A stretch of DNA of 26,958 nt from Thermomicrobiales bacterium (GTDB taxonomy: Bacteria > Chloroflexota > Chloroflexia > Thermomicrobiales > UBA6265): positions 1-26,958 of the forward strand of contig JBBQPB010000001.1 in the NCBI GenBank assembly GCA_038331435.1. The letters run 5' to 3'. How positions within the stretch are numbered: position 1 is the first letter of the stretch; every line of letters begins with the position of its first letter. This document shows positions 1 to 8,407 of the stretch, in pieces. Position numbers and translations under genes: made by a program. A model generated the notes under the pieces. The model ran no database searches and was not told the DNA's origin. It was given only the letters and a program-made list of their open reading frames with translations.

Positions 1-410
1 ACCGACTGGAGGGCAGACTTTGCCTCATAGAAATTGCGCGCCATTCCTCCGGCGCCTCGACGTCCACGCGGCGGGTATTTGGCAAAGCTGACCGCCAGCT
101 CAGCCTGTTCGGCGTTGTCGACTCGGGGAATGATGATCCCCTGAGCACCGGCATCGAGCGCACGCGCGACATTGCCATAGGAGAGATCGGTGACTCGCAC
201 CAACGGCGTCATGCCATAAAGGTGGGTGAGCTGGACCAGATTGAGCAGCATGTTCCAGTCATAGAAGTTGTGCTCCATGTCCCACCAGAGGAAGTCGTGA
301 CCGGCTTGCGCCAGCATGGCGACCCCGCCAACGGTGCGAATCTCCTCGACAATGGGACCGCTGACCCATTTGCCCGCTCCCAATTTTTGCTTCAGCGTGT
401 TGGTTGCCAT
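1..410 (-). CDS. HpcH/HpaI aldolase family protein (class II pyruvate aldolase, GarL/RhmA-like), 5' part only, runs off the window
   Basis: Not in the ORF track; translated by hand from the ATG at 410: MATNTLKQKLGAGKWVSGPIVEE...AGHDFLWWDMEHNFY...PLVRVTD...RALDAGAQGIIIPRVDNAEQAELAVSFAKYPPRGRRG. The D-x-EH, VRV, LDAGA-G-I-P and YPP-G-RG motifs are characteristic of the family. Confidence 0.9.
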   Translation of the reverse strand, partial: MATNTLKQKLGAGKWVSGPIVEEIRTVGGVAMLAQAGHDFLWWDMEHNFYDWNMLLNLVQLTHLYGMTPLVRVTDLSYGNVARALDAGAQGIIIPRVDNAEQAELAVSFAKYPPRGRRGAGGMARNFYEAKSALQS

Positions 411-490
411 TTCCCGTACCCTCTCGCGCAGACGAATCACGTGGCGGCATTGTGGCAGACAAGTCGCAACCAACAGACGAAGGGATGCAC

Positions 491-1237
491 ATGGACCCAA
501 TCGACCCGCAGGTGCTCGAAGATCTGGCGCGCGCGAGCACCGCAACGATCACGACTCAGCTCTTTCAGCGAGGGTTTCGCAACACCTTCCTGAACGGCAT
601 CCGGCCATTGAATCCGAATGCGGCGCGTTTCGTGGGTGAGGCGGTCACGCTCCGCAGCATTCCGGCGCGGGAGGATCTCGACGTGGTCAGTGCGTTCCAG
701 GATCCGAACCACCCGCAACGCAAGGCCATCGAATCGGTCGGTCCCGGCCAGGTGCTGGTCATGGATTGCCGGGGAGACCTGCGAGCGGCCAATGGCGGCG
801 GCATTTTGACCACTCGGGCGATGAAACGCGGCGCAGTTGGCATTGTCAGCGATGGGGCGTTTCGTGATTCGCCCGAGATCGGGTGCATGAGCTTCCCGGT
901 CTTCGCAGCGGGCGCGTCGGCAACGATCAGCCTGGCGGTGCATCACACGGTCGATATCAATGTGCCGATCGGGTGCGCGGGGGTACCGGTCTTCCCTGGC
1001 GACATTCTGGTGGGCGACGAAGAGGGCGTGGTCGTCATCCCTCGTCATCTGGCGGCCGAGATCGCTGCGCCCGCGGCGGAGCAGGAAGCGTTCGAAGCAT
1101 TCATCCTCAAGAAGATCGAAGCCGGCGCTCCCCTTCCCGGAACCTACCCAGCCAACGCGGAGACGAAAGCCGAGTACGAAGCGTACAAAGCCGAACAGCG
1201 CACCTCGGAGTACGAGGCATACCGCTTCGAACAGTAA
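491..1237 (+). CDS. RraA-like / HMG aldolase family protein
   Basis: ORF 404..1237, start trimmed to the ATG at 491 (AGGGA upstream; 485 is an alternative). Motifs STATITTQL, VGEAVTLR, GGGIL, SDGAFRD and PVFPGDILVGDEEGVVVIP fit the RraA/HMG aldolase fold. Confidence 0.85.
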   Translation: MDPIDPQVLEDLARASTATITTQLFQRGFRNTFLNGIRPLNPNAARFVGEAVTLRSIPAREDLDVVSAFQDPNHPQRKAIESVGPGQVLVMDCRGDLRAANGGGILTTRAMKRGAVGIVSDGAFRDSPEIGCMSFPVFAAGASATISLAVHHTVDINVPIGCAGVPVFPGDILVGDEEGVVVIPRHLAAEIAAPAAEQEAFEAFILKKIEAGAPLPGTYPANAETKAEYEAYKAEQRTSEYEAYRFEQ

Positions 1238-1277
1238 CCACGAACCTCGAATCGGGCACTTGCGTCTCCCCCACTAG

Positions 1278-1362
1278 TGTCATCCTGAAGGTAGTGAAGG
1301 ATCTCTCCGTCTCCGGGACCCAGAAACAACATACAAGATCCTTCGCGTTGCTCAGGATGACA
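1278..1362. repeat. REP-like inverted-repeat doublet
   Basis: Left arm tgtcatcctgaaggtagtgaaggatct (1278-1304) and right arm agatccttcgcgttgctcaggatgaca (1336-1362) are reverse complements at 21/27 positions. The element lies between convergent genes. Confidence 0.8.
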
Positions 1363-1403
1363 AATGCTGGGAGAAGGCTCCCGAAGAAATCTGCTGGTGG
1401 AGA

Positions 1404-2309
1404 CTACGCCTCCGCTTCGCCGATCTGGAAATTGGCCAGATCCTCGTAAATGGTGATGAGTGACGAGTGATCGAGTTGCCCGCGGCCGGCGACCGACAGT
1501 GCTTCGAAGAGCTGCTGCACGAGCGCGGTGACCGGCAACGGGACGCCGGTGGTCTTGCCAGCGTTCATGGCAATGTTGAGGTCCTTGCGGTGCAGATCGA
1601 CCCGGAAACCGGGTGCGAACTTGCGGGAGATGACGTTCTGCCCCTTGAGCTCCATGACGCGGCTATTGGCAAGCCCGCCTCCGAGCACTTGCAGAATTTT
1701 GGCCGGATCGACGCCCGCCTTTGCGCCGAGCACCAACGCCTCGCTCATGGCGGCGAAGTTGATGGCAACCATGACCTGATTGCACGCCTTCACGACCTGA
1801 CCAGCTCCAGATTCGCCGACATGCACGATGGTCTTGCCCATCTTCTCGAACAGTGGCATGGCGCGTTCGACATCCTCTGCCGTGCCCCCCACCATGATGC
1901 TCAACGCGGCGTTGACCGCTCCGGCCTCGCCACCGCTCACCGGTGCGTCGAGCGCGCGCGCATCAACCTCGGCCAGCGCGGTCGAGATATCGATCGCCGT
2001 GGCAGGAGCAATTGTGCTCATGTCGATGAGGAGCGATCCTTCGCCCATCGTCTCGATGAGCCCATTGGTTCCCAACACCACCTCGCTCACCTGAGGTGAG
2101 TCGGGCAGCATCGTGATGACGATCTTCGCTTTTTCGGCTACCTCTTTTGGCGTCGAGGCAGCGATGAATTTGTCCGACTCAGCGGTGAAAGACTGGATGG
2201 TCTCCTGGTTAAGCGTGTGGATGACGACGTCATAGCCCGCGTTCGCCAGATGGCGCGCCATTGGCTTGCCCATGATCCCAAGTCCAATAAAGCCGACTGT
2301 TTCCGCCAT
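1404..2309 (-). CDS. garR: 2-hydroxy-3-oxopropionate (tartronate semialdehyde) reductase, GarR/GlxR family
   Basis: GFIGLGIMGKPMA Rossmann motif, LDAPVSGGEAGA, SIMVGG, catalytic Lys in VVKACNQ, PGFRVDLHRKDL. ATG at 2309 with GAAAGGA upstream; next to hyi. Confidence 0.85.
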   Translation of the reverse strand: MAETVGFIGLGIMGKPMARHLANAGYDVVIHTLNQETIQSFTAESDKFIAASTPKEVAEKAKIVITMLPDSPQVSEVVLGTNGLIETMGEGSLLIDMSTIAPATAIDISTALAEVDARALDAPVSGGEAGAVNAALSIMVGGTAEDVERAMPLFEKMGKTIVHVGESGAGQVVKACNQVMVAINFAAMSEALVLGAKAGVDPAKILQVLGGGLANSRVMELKGQNVISRKFAPGFRVDLHRKDLNIAMNAGKTTGVPLPVTALVQQLFEALSVAGRGQLDHSSLITIYEDLANFQIGEAEA

Positions 2310-2366
2310 GAGCGAGGTCCTTTCAAGTAACGCGAGGGCAGGGACGCCCTCCACTACGGGTTGCAG

Positions 2367-3152
2367 TTAAACGTCGTAACCAAACCGCTTCAACCAGCCG
2401 AGACTGGCTTCGGTGGTGCTGGATGGTTTGTACTCCAGCGAGACCCAGCCGTCGTAGCCGAGCGCGTCGATCTGGTCGAATACATAGTCAAAGTTGATCT
2501 CGCCAGTACCCGGTTCGTGCCGGTCGGGGCTGTCCGCAATCTGGATATGCCCGATTTGGCCGATATGGTCGGCGAAGAACGCGATGAGATTTCCTTCCAT
2601 CCGCTGCTGGTGATAGAAGTCGTATTGCAGCCGCAGATTGGGATGGCCGACTTCCTCGATCAGGGCGAGCATCTGGGTGGAGGTCGGCACCAGGAAATCG
2701 GGCGTGTCCTTGGCATTGAGCGGTTCGAGGCAGAGCGTAACCCCCTGCTTCTCGGTGGCAGTTGCGGCGTAACCCAGATTTTCCCTGACGGTTTCGAATT
2801 GCACGGAAATGGGGATATCCGAAAGCCGGCGCCCCACGATGCTATTGAACCGGGGTGCAGGCAGAATCTTCTGCACCGCAAGCGCCAGATCGACCGCCGC
2901 TCGATATTCATCCACCCGGCGCGGATCGTTGGCAAAACCCCGGTCACCGTTGGCGACATTGCCAGCCGGAATGTTGAACAGGACCAATTCGACCCCCCGG
3001 TCATCGAGGATAGCTTTGATGGCCTCCACGTCTTCGCCATAGGGATAGAGAATCTCGACGCCGGTGAATCCGGCATTCGCAGCGCGCTCGATCCGCGCAA
3101 GGAGCGGATACTCCTGATACAGCATGTTCAAATTGGCGGCAAACTTGGGCAT
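2367..3152 (-). CDS. hyi: Hydroxypyruvate isomerase
   Basis: MPKFAANLNMLY, LFNIPAGN, LEPLN, LQYDFYHQQ, HIQIADSPDRHEPGTGEINF and WVSLEYKP are all typical Hyi motifs. Confidence 0.9.
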   Translation of the reverse strand: MPKFAANLNMLYQEYPLLARIERAANAGFTGVEILYPYGEDVEAIKAILDDRGVELVLFNIPAGNVANGDRGFANDPRRVDEYRAAVDLALAVQKILPAPRFNSIVGRRLSDIPISVQFETVRENLGYAATATEKQGVTLCLEPLNAKDTPDFLVPTSTQMLALIEEVGHPNLRLQYDFYHQQRMEGNLIAFFADHIGQIGHIQIADSPDRHEPGTGEINFDYVFDQIDALGYDGWVSLEYKPSSTTEASLGWLKRFGYDV

Positions 3153-3238
3153 CGATCGCTCCCGCGGCGTTCCTGGCATCGTTGTCACGCCATGCTATGC
3201 GGGAAGAGAAGTGCGGTCAACTCAGATGCAAGGAGTCA

Positions 3239-4891
3239 ATGGTGATTCGATCGAGTCTGGCCGTAACGCGGCTATTGCGGGATCGCGGTGTGAAATACGC
3301 GTTCGGCGTGCCCGGGGAAAGTTTCCTCGGGTTACTCGATGCGCTTTATGACACGCCAGAAATCGATCTGGTCACCTGCCGGCACGAAGGTGGCGCGGCG
3401 TTTATGGCGGACGCGGCGGCCAAGCTGATCGGGCAGCCATCGATCTGCATGGGCACGCGTGGTGTCGGCAGCGCCAATCTGGCGATCGGCATTCACACCG
3501 CCTATCAGGACTCGACCCCGATGTTGGCGATGGTCGGGCAGGTGGAAACTCCGTTCCGCCACCGGGAAGCGTTGCAGGAAGTCGAACTGGCTCCCTTCCT
3601 GGGTGAGATCACAAAATGGGCCGTCGAGCCGCCGAGCGCGTCGGAACTTCCCCGCCTGGTGAGCGAAGCCTATCGCTTGAGCATGAGCGGGCGGCCGGGT
3701 CCAGTCGGTATCGTCTTGCGGGGCGATATCCTCGAAGAAGACATTCCCGAACCGGAACTGCCACTTACCGCGCCGATCGAAACCGCGGTCAGCCCGAGGG
3801 TGGCGAGTGCGGTCGTCAATTTACTCAAGAATGCGAAACAGCCAGTCATCGTCGCCGGCGGCGGGGTACTGCGGGCCGAAGCGGTGGGTGCGCTGGTCGA
3901 CGTTGCCGAGCGGATGGGCATCCAGGTCGCTACCGCATTCCGGCGACTCGATGCGTTCCCGACCGATCACCCGCTGTCGCTGGGCTCGCTCTCCTTCGGC
4001 ACGCCCAAACTGATCAGAGACCACCTCGCAGCCGCAGATGTGGTGCTTGCTTTGGGCACGCGGTTGAATGAAACGACCACCCTCGGCTATACGATTCCGG
4101 CACCGGGCGCGAAACTGATTCATATCGACATCGATCCGGAAGAAGTCGGCAAGACGTTTCCGGCCACGATCGGCATAGCCGCCGATGCGCTGGTCGCGCT
4201 TGGCGCCCTCGGCAATGCCGCGCAGGAGGTTTCCTGGCCCGATCGGTCAGCCGAGCAGCAATCGCTCAAAGCCGAGCTGACGAAGCTGCTCGACGCCCCC
4301 ACCGTCGGCACGGACAAGGGTGTCGATCCTGCGGTGGTGATGCGCGAGCTGAGCCGCCAATTGCCCGATCGCTCAGTGCTCACCAGTGACGCCGGAAACT
4401 TCTGGACCTGGGCCCAACGCTACGGCTCGTTCAAGCATCCGGGGACATTCCTTGGACCAGTTTCCGGGGCAATGGGGTATGCGGTTCCCTCGGCGGTCGC
4501 GGCGGCCATCGTGCGCGATTCTGCGGTGCCAGCGGTGTCGCTTTCGGGCGACGGCGGGTTCCTGATGACCGCGAACGAGCTGGCCACGGCTGCGCAGCGC
4601 AACCTGCGCGTGATCTGCGTTGTCTTCAACAACGGCATCTACGGCACGATCCGCGCGCACCAGGAACGGGAGTTCCCCGGCCGGGTGAGCGGCACCAATC
4701 TGTGGCAACCTGATCTGGTCAAATTTGCCGAAGCGTTCGGCGGGCTCGGGATCCGGGTCGAGCGGAACGACCAGGCAGCCGAAGCGGTGGCAGCGGCCAA
4801 CGAGCATCCGGGGATCACCATCCTCGATGTCACCGTCGATCCGGAAAACATCTCGGCCGGTGTTGCTCTGTCATCGATTTCGAAGCGATAG
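3239..4891 (+). CDS. Thiamine-diphosphate-dependent enzyme, acetolactate-synthase-like (IlvB superfamily)
   Basis: FGVPGESFL, CRHEGGAA (conserved Glu), SGRPGPV and the ThDP motif GDGGF...NN. AGGAG RBS precedes the ATG at 3239. Confidence 0.85.
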   Translation: MVIRSSLAVTRLLRDRGVKYAFGVPGESFLGLLDALYDTPEIDLVTCRHEGGAAFMADAAAKLIGQPSICMGTRGVGSANLAIGIHTAYQDSTPMLAMVGQVETPFRHREALQEVELAPFLGEITKWAVEPPSASELPRLVSEAYRLSMSGRPGPVGIVLRGDILEEDIPEPELPLTAPIETAVSPRVASAVVNLLKNAKQPVIVAGGGVLRAEAVGALVDVAERMGIQVATAFRRLDAFPTDHPLSLGSLSFGTPKLIRDHLAAADVVLALGTRLNETTTLGYTIPAPGAKLIHIDIDPEEVGKTFPATIGIAADALVALGALGNAAQEVSWPDRSAEQQSLKAELTKLLDAPTVGTDKGVDPAVVMRELSRQLPDRSVLTSDAGNFWTWAQRYGSFKHPGTFLGPVSGAMGYAVPSAVAAAIVRDSAVPAVSLSGDGGFLMTANELATAAQRNLRVICVVFNNGIYGTIRAHQEREFPGRVSGTNLWQPDLVKFAEAFGGLGIRVERNDQAAEAVAAANEHPGITILDVTVDPENISAGVALSSISKR

Positions 4892-4921
4892 GCGATCTGT
4901 CAAAAGAAGGTAGGAAACATC

Positions 4922-6859
4922 GTGACCCAGAAACCACTCAAAGCAAAGAAGATAGTCGACCGGCTCGTCCCACGCTCACCTGCCATCAGCCGGAATGGCA
5001 AGCGGATCGCGTTCGAAGTCGCACCATGGGGATACAAGGGAAAAACAGCGAACCGCGCCATCTGGGTCTCCCATGAAGGTGGGCCAGCGCGTAAATTCAC
5101 CTCCGGAAAGTCCGTCGATAGCAATCCCGTCTGGTCGCCAGATGGGTCGAAACTCGCGTTTCTTTCGAATCGCAACGAGGAAGAAACGAGCCAGATCTTT
5201 CTCATTGGCACGGATGGCGGTGAAGCCACCGCGCTCGGTAAGCTCAGCGGCGAGCTGAGCAATTTGCAGTGGTCGCGGGACGGCTCGGAGCTATCGGTGT
5301 TGCGCCGCCAATCCCTGACGAAAAAACGCAAAAAGCGGAACAAGAAACGGGACGACGCGATCGTGGTCGATGGCGAGCCGCGCTACAACCGGCTCACCAT
5401 CGTCGACGCGGAAACTGGCGAGTCACGGAAGGTCGATTCCGGAGATCGTGAGATCTGGGACTATGCGTGGTCGCTGGATGGCTCACAGCTCGCCTATTCC
5501 ACGGCCGAAGCGGTGGGGGAAGACGCGCCGTTGAATCGAGGCGACCTCTGGTTGGTTGGCAGGGAAGGGAAAGACCCGCACCACATCGTCCAACTCAACG
5601 AGACGCCGATAGGACTGGCATTCGTCCAGGGACCCAATGGCTCCGCACTGGCGATTCGCAAGAACGGATATCGCGAGCACCCGGCGGTATCGGTCTACCT
5701 GGTCGATCTCGCAACCGGTAACGTCACCGATCTGTTGCCCGAATTTCCGGGTAATGTGGACTGGCTGGCCGCGCTTCCCAAATCGCCGGGCGCGATTGCA
5801 ATCCAGACGGCCGAGGGCGTCCACACCAATCTGTACCGCCTTAGTGTCGAGACCGGCGAACGCACGTCCGTCCTGCCAGAATCGCTCACCAAACATGGCG
5901 CGCTTGCCTACCCTCCAAGTGTCTGTGCCGATGGAAACACCGTGGCCGCGCTCTGGACGAGCAGCGACGTGCCGGAAGAGATCTATCTCATTCAGGATGC
6001 GGGCGAACCGGTCAAACTGACCGATTTCGGGAAAGACTGGGAAGGTAAGCTGCGGCCCAGCGAAGAGATTTCCTGGATGTCCGACGATCTGGAGATCTTC
6101 GGGTTGCTGACGCTGCCGGAACGCGAGGACGACACACCGCTGCCGCTGGTTGTACAGATTCACGGCGGCCCATCCTGGCAATGGCAGGACATCTGTTTTC
6201 TGGACTGGCACGACTGGACCCAATACCTGGTCTCCCGCGGATTCGCGGTGCTGACGCCGAACCCGCGTGGCAGCTCCGGACGCGGTTCCGAGTTCCAGCG
6301 CCGTCTGATTGACGATGTCGGGGGCGGAGAAATGCGGGACGTGCTTGCCGGAGCGCAAGCGTTGGTCGATCGCGGGATCGCCGATCCGGAACGGCTGGGC
6401 GTCGGCGGCTGGAGCTGGGGCGGCTATCTGACTGCCTACACGATCACCCAGACTCAGATGTTCAAGGCCGCGGTCATGGGCGCCGGTCTCTCGAATATGA
6501 TCTCCGATCACGGCACCGACGACATTCCCTCGGCAAATCTCCATTACTACCCCGGTCTGCCCTACCACCATCTCGATACGTATTGGGAATCGTCGGCGAT
6601 CAAGCACATCACTAACTGCGTGACTCCGACCCTGATCGTGCACGGTGCTGCCGACGACCGCGTGCCTGTCACACAAGGCGCGGAGATGTATCGGGCGCTC
6701 AAATCGCTCGAGATCCCAGTCTCGTTCGTGCGCTATCCACGCGAGCCGCACGGCTTCAAGGAGCGCAACCACCAGATCGACCTGCTTACCCGCATCGGCG
6801 ATTGGTTCGAGCAGTGGCTGATGCCGGCGGACGAGGCAATCGACGAAAGCGACGAGTAA
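4922..6859 (+). CDS. S9 family serine peptidase (prolyl oligopeptidase / acylaminoacyl-peptidase-like)
   Basis: N-terminal propeller repeats (PVWSPDG, LQWSRDG, YAWSLDG), IHGGP, NPRGS, nucleophile motif GWSWGG, Asp in DDRV, His in EPHG. GTG start. Confidence 0.9.
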   Translation: MTQKPLKAKKIVDRLVPRSPAISRNGKRIAFEVAPWGYKGKTANRAIWVSHEGGPARKFTSGKSVDSNPVWSPDGSKLAFLSNRNEEETSQIFLIGTDGGEATALGKLSGELSNLQWSRDGSELSVLRRQSLTKKRKKRNKKRDDAIVVDGEPRYNRLTIVDAETGESRKVDSGDREIWDYAWSLDGSQLAYSTAEAVGEDAPLNRGDLWLVGREGKDPHHIVQLNETPIGLAFVQGPNGSALAIRKNGYREHPAVSVYLVDLATGNVTDLLPEFPGNVDWLAALPKSPGAIAIQTAEGVHTNLYRLSVETGERTSVLPESLTKHGALAYPPSVCADGNTVAALWTSSDVPEEIYLIQDAGEPVKLTDFGKDWEGKLRPSEEISWMSDDLEIFGLLTLPEREDDTPLPLVVQIHGGPSWQWQDICFLDWHDWTQYLVSRGFAVLTPNPRGSSGRGSEFQRRLIDDVGGGEMRDVLAGAQALVDRGIADPERLGVGGWSWGGYLTAYTITQTQMFKAAVMGAGLSNMISDHGTDDIPSANLHYYPGLPYHHLDTYWESSAIKHITNCVTPTLIVHGAADDRVPVTQGAEMYRALKSLEIPVSFVRYPREPHGFKERNHQIDLLTRIGDWFEQWLMPADEAIDESDE

Positions 6860-6890
6860 CTACGCGTCGAGTTTGCGGCTCTCCATCGCT

Positions 6891-6919
6891 CGCCCGACGG
6901 CTTAGCACGCCGTCGGGCG
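6891..6919. terminator. GC-rich hairpin downstream of the S9 peptidase (possible terminator)
   Basis: cgcccgacgg (6891-6900) pairs with ccgtcgggcg (6910-6919): 10-bp stem, 9-nt loop. There is no U-tract. Confidence 0.4.
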
Positions 6920-6967
6920 CTGGTGAAGACATCGAGGGCAATCGGTGGGTGTCGGCAGGTTCACGAC

Positions 6968-7079
6968 GATCACCGCGAGCACAAGCAGGTCATGCTGCGA
7001 ATACGCGCGCTAATGCCTCTGGGAACAAATCCCAGAGGCATTTGCTCCCCTGGATATCGGTGAACAGAACGGCGGCCGC
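6968..7079 (-). pseudogene. Remnant of a class III adenylate/guanylate cyclase domain N-terminus
   Basis: The minus strand reads AAAVLFTDIQGSKCLWDLFPEALARVF and, after a frameshift near 6998, QHDLLVLAVI. This matches the recalled family pattern 'FLFTDIEGSTRLWE.hPEAM..AL.RHD.LL..AI'. No credible start and no continuation. Confidence 0.6.
7012..7042. terminator. Perfect 13-bp hairpin between convergent genes
   Basis: aatgcctctggga (7012-7024), loop acaaa, tcccagaggcatt (7030-7042). Confidence 0.5.
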
Positions 7080-7145
7080 AAGACACCGGCCGCCCGTATC
7101 GCTCGTCGTTCACGCGCTCCGCGATGAATTCCCCGCCATTGGCAG

Positions 7146-8372
7146 CTAACCCAGGAGCAATCGTTCGATGGTCGCGGCATAGACATTGGCTTCAGCGACC
7201 AGATCGTCGATATACCCGGCTTCGTTCGCCCCATGGGCGGCTTCGCCACCGGGCCCAAATCCCACGGTATCGACTCCTGCCTGCCGGTAAAATCGGCCGT
7301 CGGTGGCTCCCGCCCAGGCAACGAAGAATTCTGGTTCCACAGCGAGCTCGTCGCGCACCGCTTGCTGGACGGCTTGCACCAGCGGCGAGTCTTCCTCGGT
7401 GATGTTGGCGGGAATGAAGTCGCCGTGTGGGTCCTCGATGAGGGTGTACTTGAAGTCTGGGTCGTCAGACGCAACCGCATCGAGCGCGGCCCGTATTTCG
7501 GCCACCACCGATTCGCGGGTTTCGCCCGGAATCAGGCGCCGATCGACGTGGATCTTCGCTTCGCCGGGTACGACGTTGTGCGCGACGCCAGCTTCGATCA
7601 TGTTGACGCTGATGACCGGCTTGCCAACCGCGGGATGGAACTTGTCGATGTCGCCTTCCAACGCCAGGATTCCCTTGGCGGCTTTGGCCAATGCGTTGAT
7701 GCCGGTCGCGCGCGCGGCGGCAGTATGGCTGGCGCGGCCATGGAAGACGATCTGGATCTGAAAGAGACCGCGCTCGGCGTTGCGCACCTTGAGGTCGCTC
7801 TTTTCGCCGATCAGGCAGTAGTCGGGTTTGATCAACCGGCCAGCCGCGATCTCATCCATCAAGAAAACGGTGCCTTGTGAACCGCCCGTCTCCTCATCGG
7901 AGACGACGTGGGCCTGCAAGCGTCCCTTGAGCGGCGCGTCCTTGAACAGGCGCATCATCAACATCATGATGCCGGTGGAGGATTTCATGTCCGACGCACC
8001 GCGGCCGAAAATCTTTCTGCCGTCCTCACTGATCCGCGGCTCGTACGGGTCGGAGATCCAGGAGTCCGGATCGGAAACCGGCACAGTGTCGAGGTGCCCG
8101 TTCATGACCAGGGTCGGCCCATCATCATTGCCAATGCTAATCACCACGTTTGGCTGCAGCGTATTCTTCGTGAGGACCTCGTATGGGAGGCCGTGGCGGT
8201 CACACCAGTCTGTGACGTACGCCATGATGGTGGCTTCAGTGCCGGTGGGCGATGGAATGGCGATCAGCTCGCTTGCCAGCTCGACGATTTCTTCCCGGCT
8301 CAATCGCCGCCCGCTCGATTCCGCTGCCAATCTCTGGTCCTTTCTTTCCGGTTTTGTACCGGGAGAATCCAA
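7146..8372 (-). CDS. M20 family metallo-deacylase (ArgE/DapE-like)
   Basis: NGHLDTVP, GRGASDMKS, SDEETGG, IGE, GATDGR and AHGANE. Start uncertain (TTG at 8372 or TTG at 8303). Confidence 0.85.
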   Translation of the reverse strand: MDSPGTKPERKDQRLAAESSGRRLSREEIVELASELIAIPSPTGTEATIMAYVTDWCDRHGLPYEVLTKNTLQPNVVISIGNDDGPTLVMNGHLDTVPVSDPDSWISDPYEPRISEDGRKIFGRGASDMKSSTGIMMLMMRLFKDAPLKGRLQAHVVSDEETGGSQGTVFLMDEIAAGRLIKPDYCLIGEKSDLKVRNAERGLFQIQIVFHGRASHTAAARATGINALAKAAKGILALEGDIDKFHPAVGKPVISVNMIEAGVAHNVVPGEAKIHVDRRLIPGETRESVVAEIRAALDAVASDDPDFKYTLIEDPHGDFIPANITEEDSPLVQAVQQAVRDELAVEPEFFVAWAGATDGRFYRQAGVDTVGFGPGGEAAHGANEAGYIDDLVAEANVYAATIERLLLG

Positions 8373-8407
8373 GGCTGAAACCTTGAGCTACTACCCCAGG
8401 GCGGCGC

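Noticed and set aside
222-639. Short ORFs at the left end
   Set aside because: They overlap the aldolase read on the minus strand from 410 and the RraA-like gene.
491-1237. RNase E inhibitor function for the RraA-like protein
   Set aside because: Its length, intact DG..RD motif and aldolase/dehydrogenase neighbours favour a metabolic aldolase.
2361-3245. 294-aa plus-strand ORF
   Set aside because: Antisense shadow of hyi with no recognisable domain.
3239-4891. Annotating the ThDP enzyme as glyoxylate carboligase (gcl)
   Set aside because: It retains the catalytic Glu that Gcl lacks and has motifs of a different IlvB-like clade.
5483-6772. 429-aa minus-strand ORF
   Set aside because: It is exactly antisense to the S9 peptidase and has no motifs. 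It is a typical shadow ORF of a GC-rich gene.
6860-7145. 6S RNA, SRP RNA or riboswitch in the structured intergenic gap
   Set aside because: No SRP core and no continuous 6S-like rod could be built; there is no downstream gene for a riboswitch. The cyclase relic plus local hairpins explains the region better.
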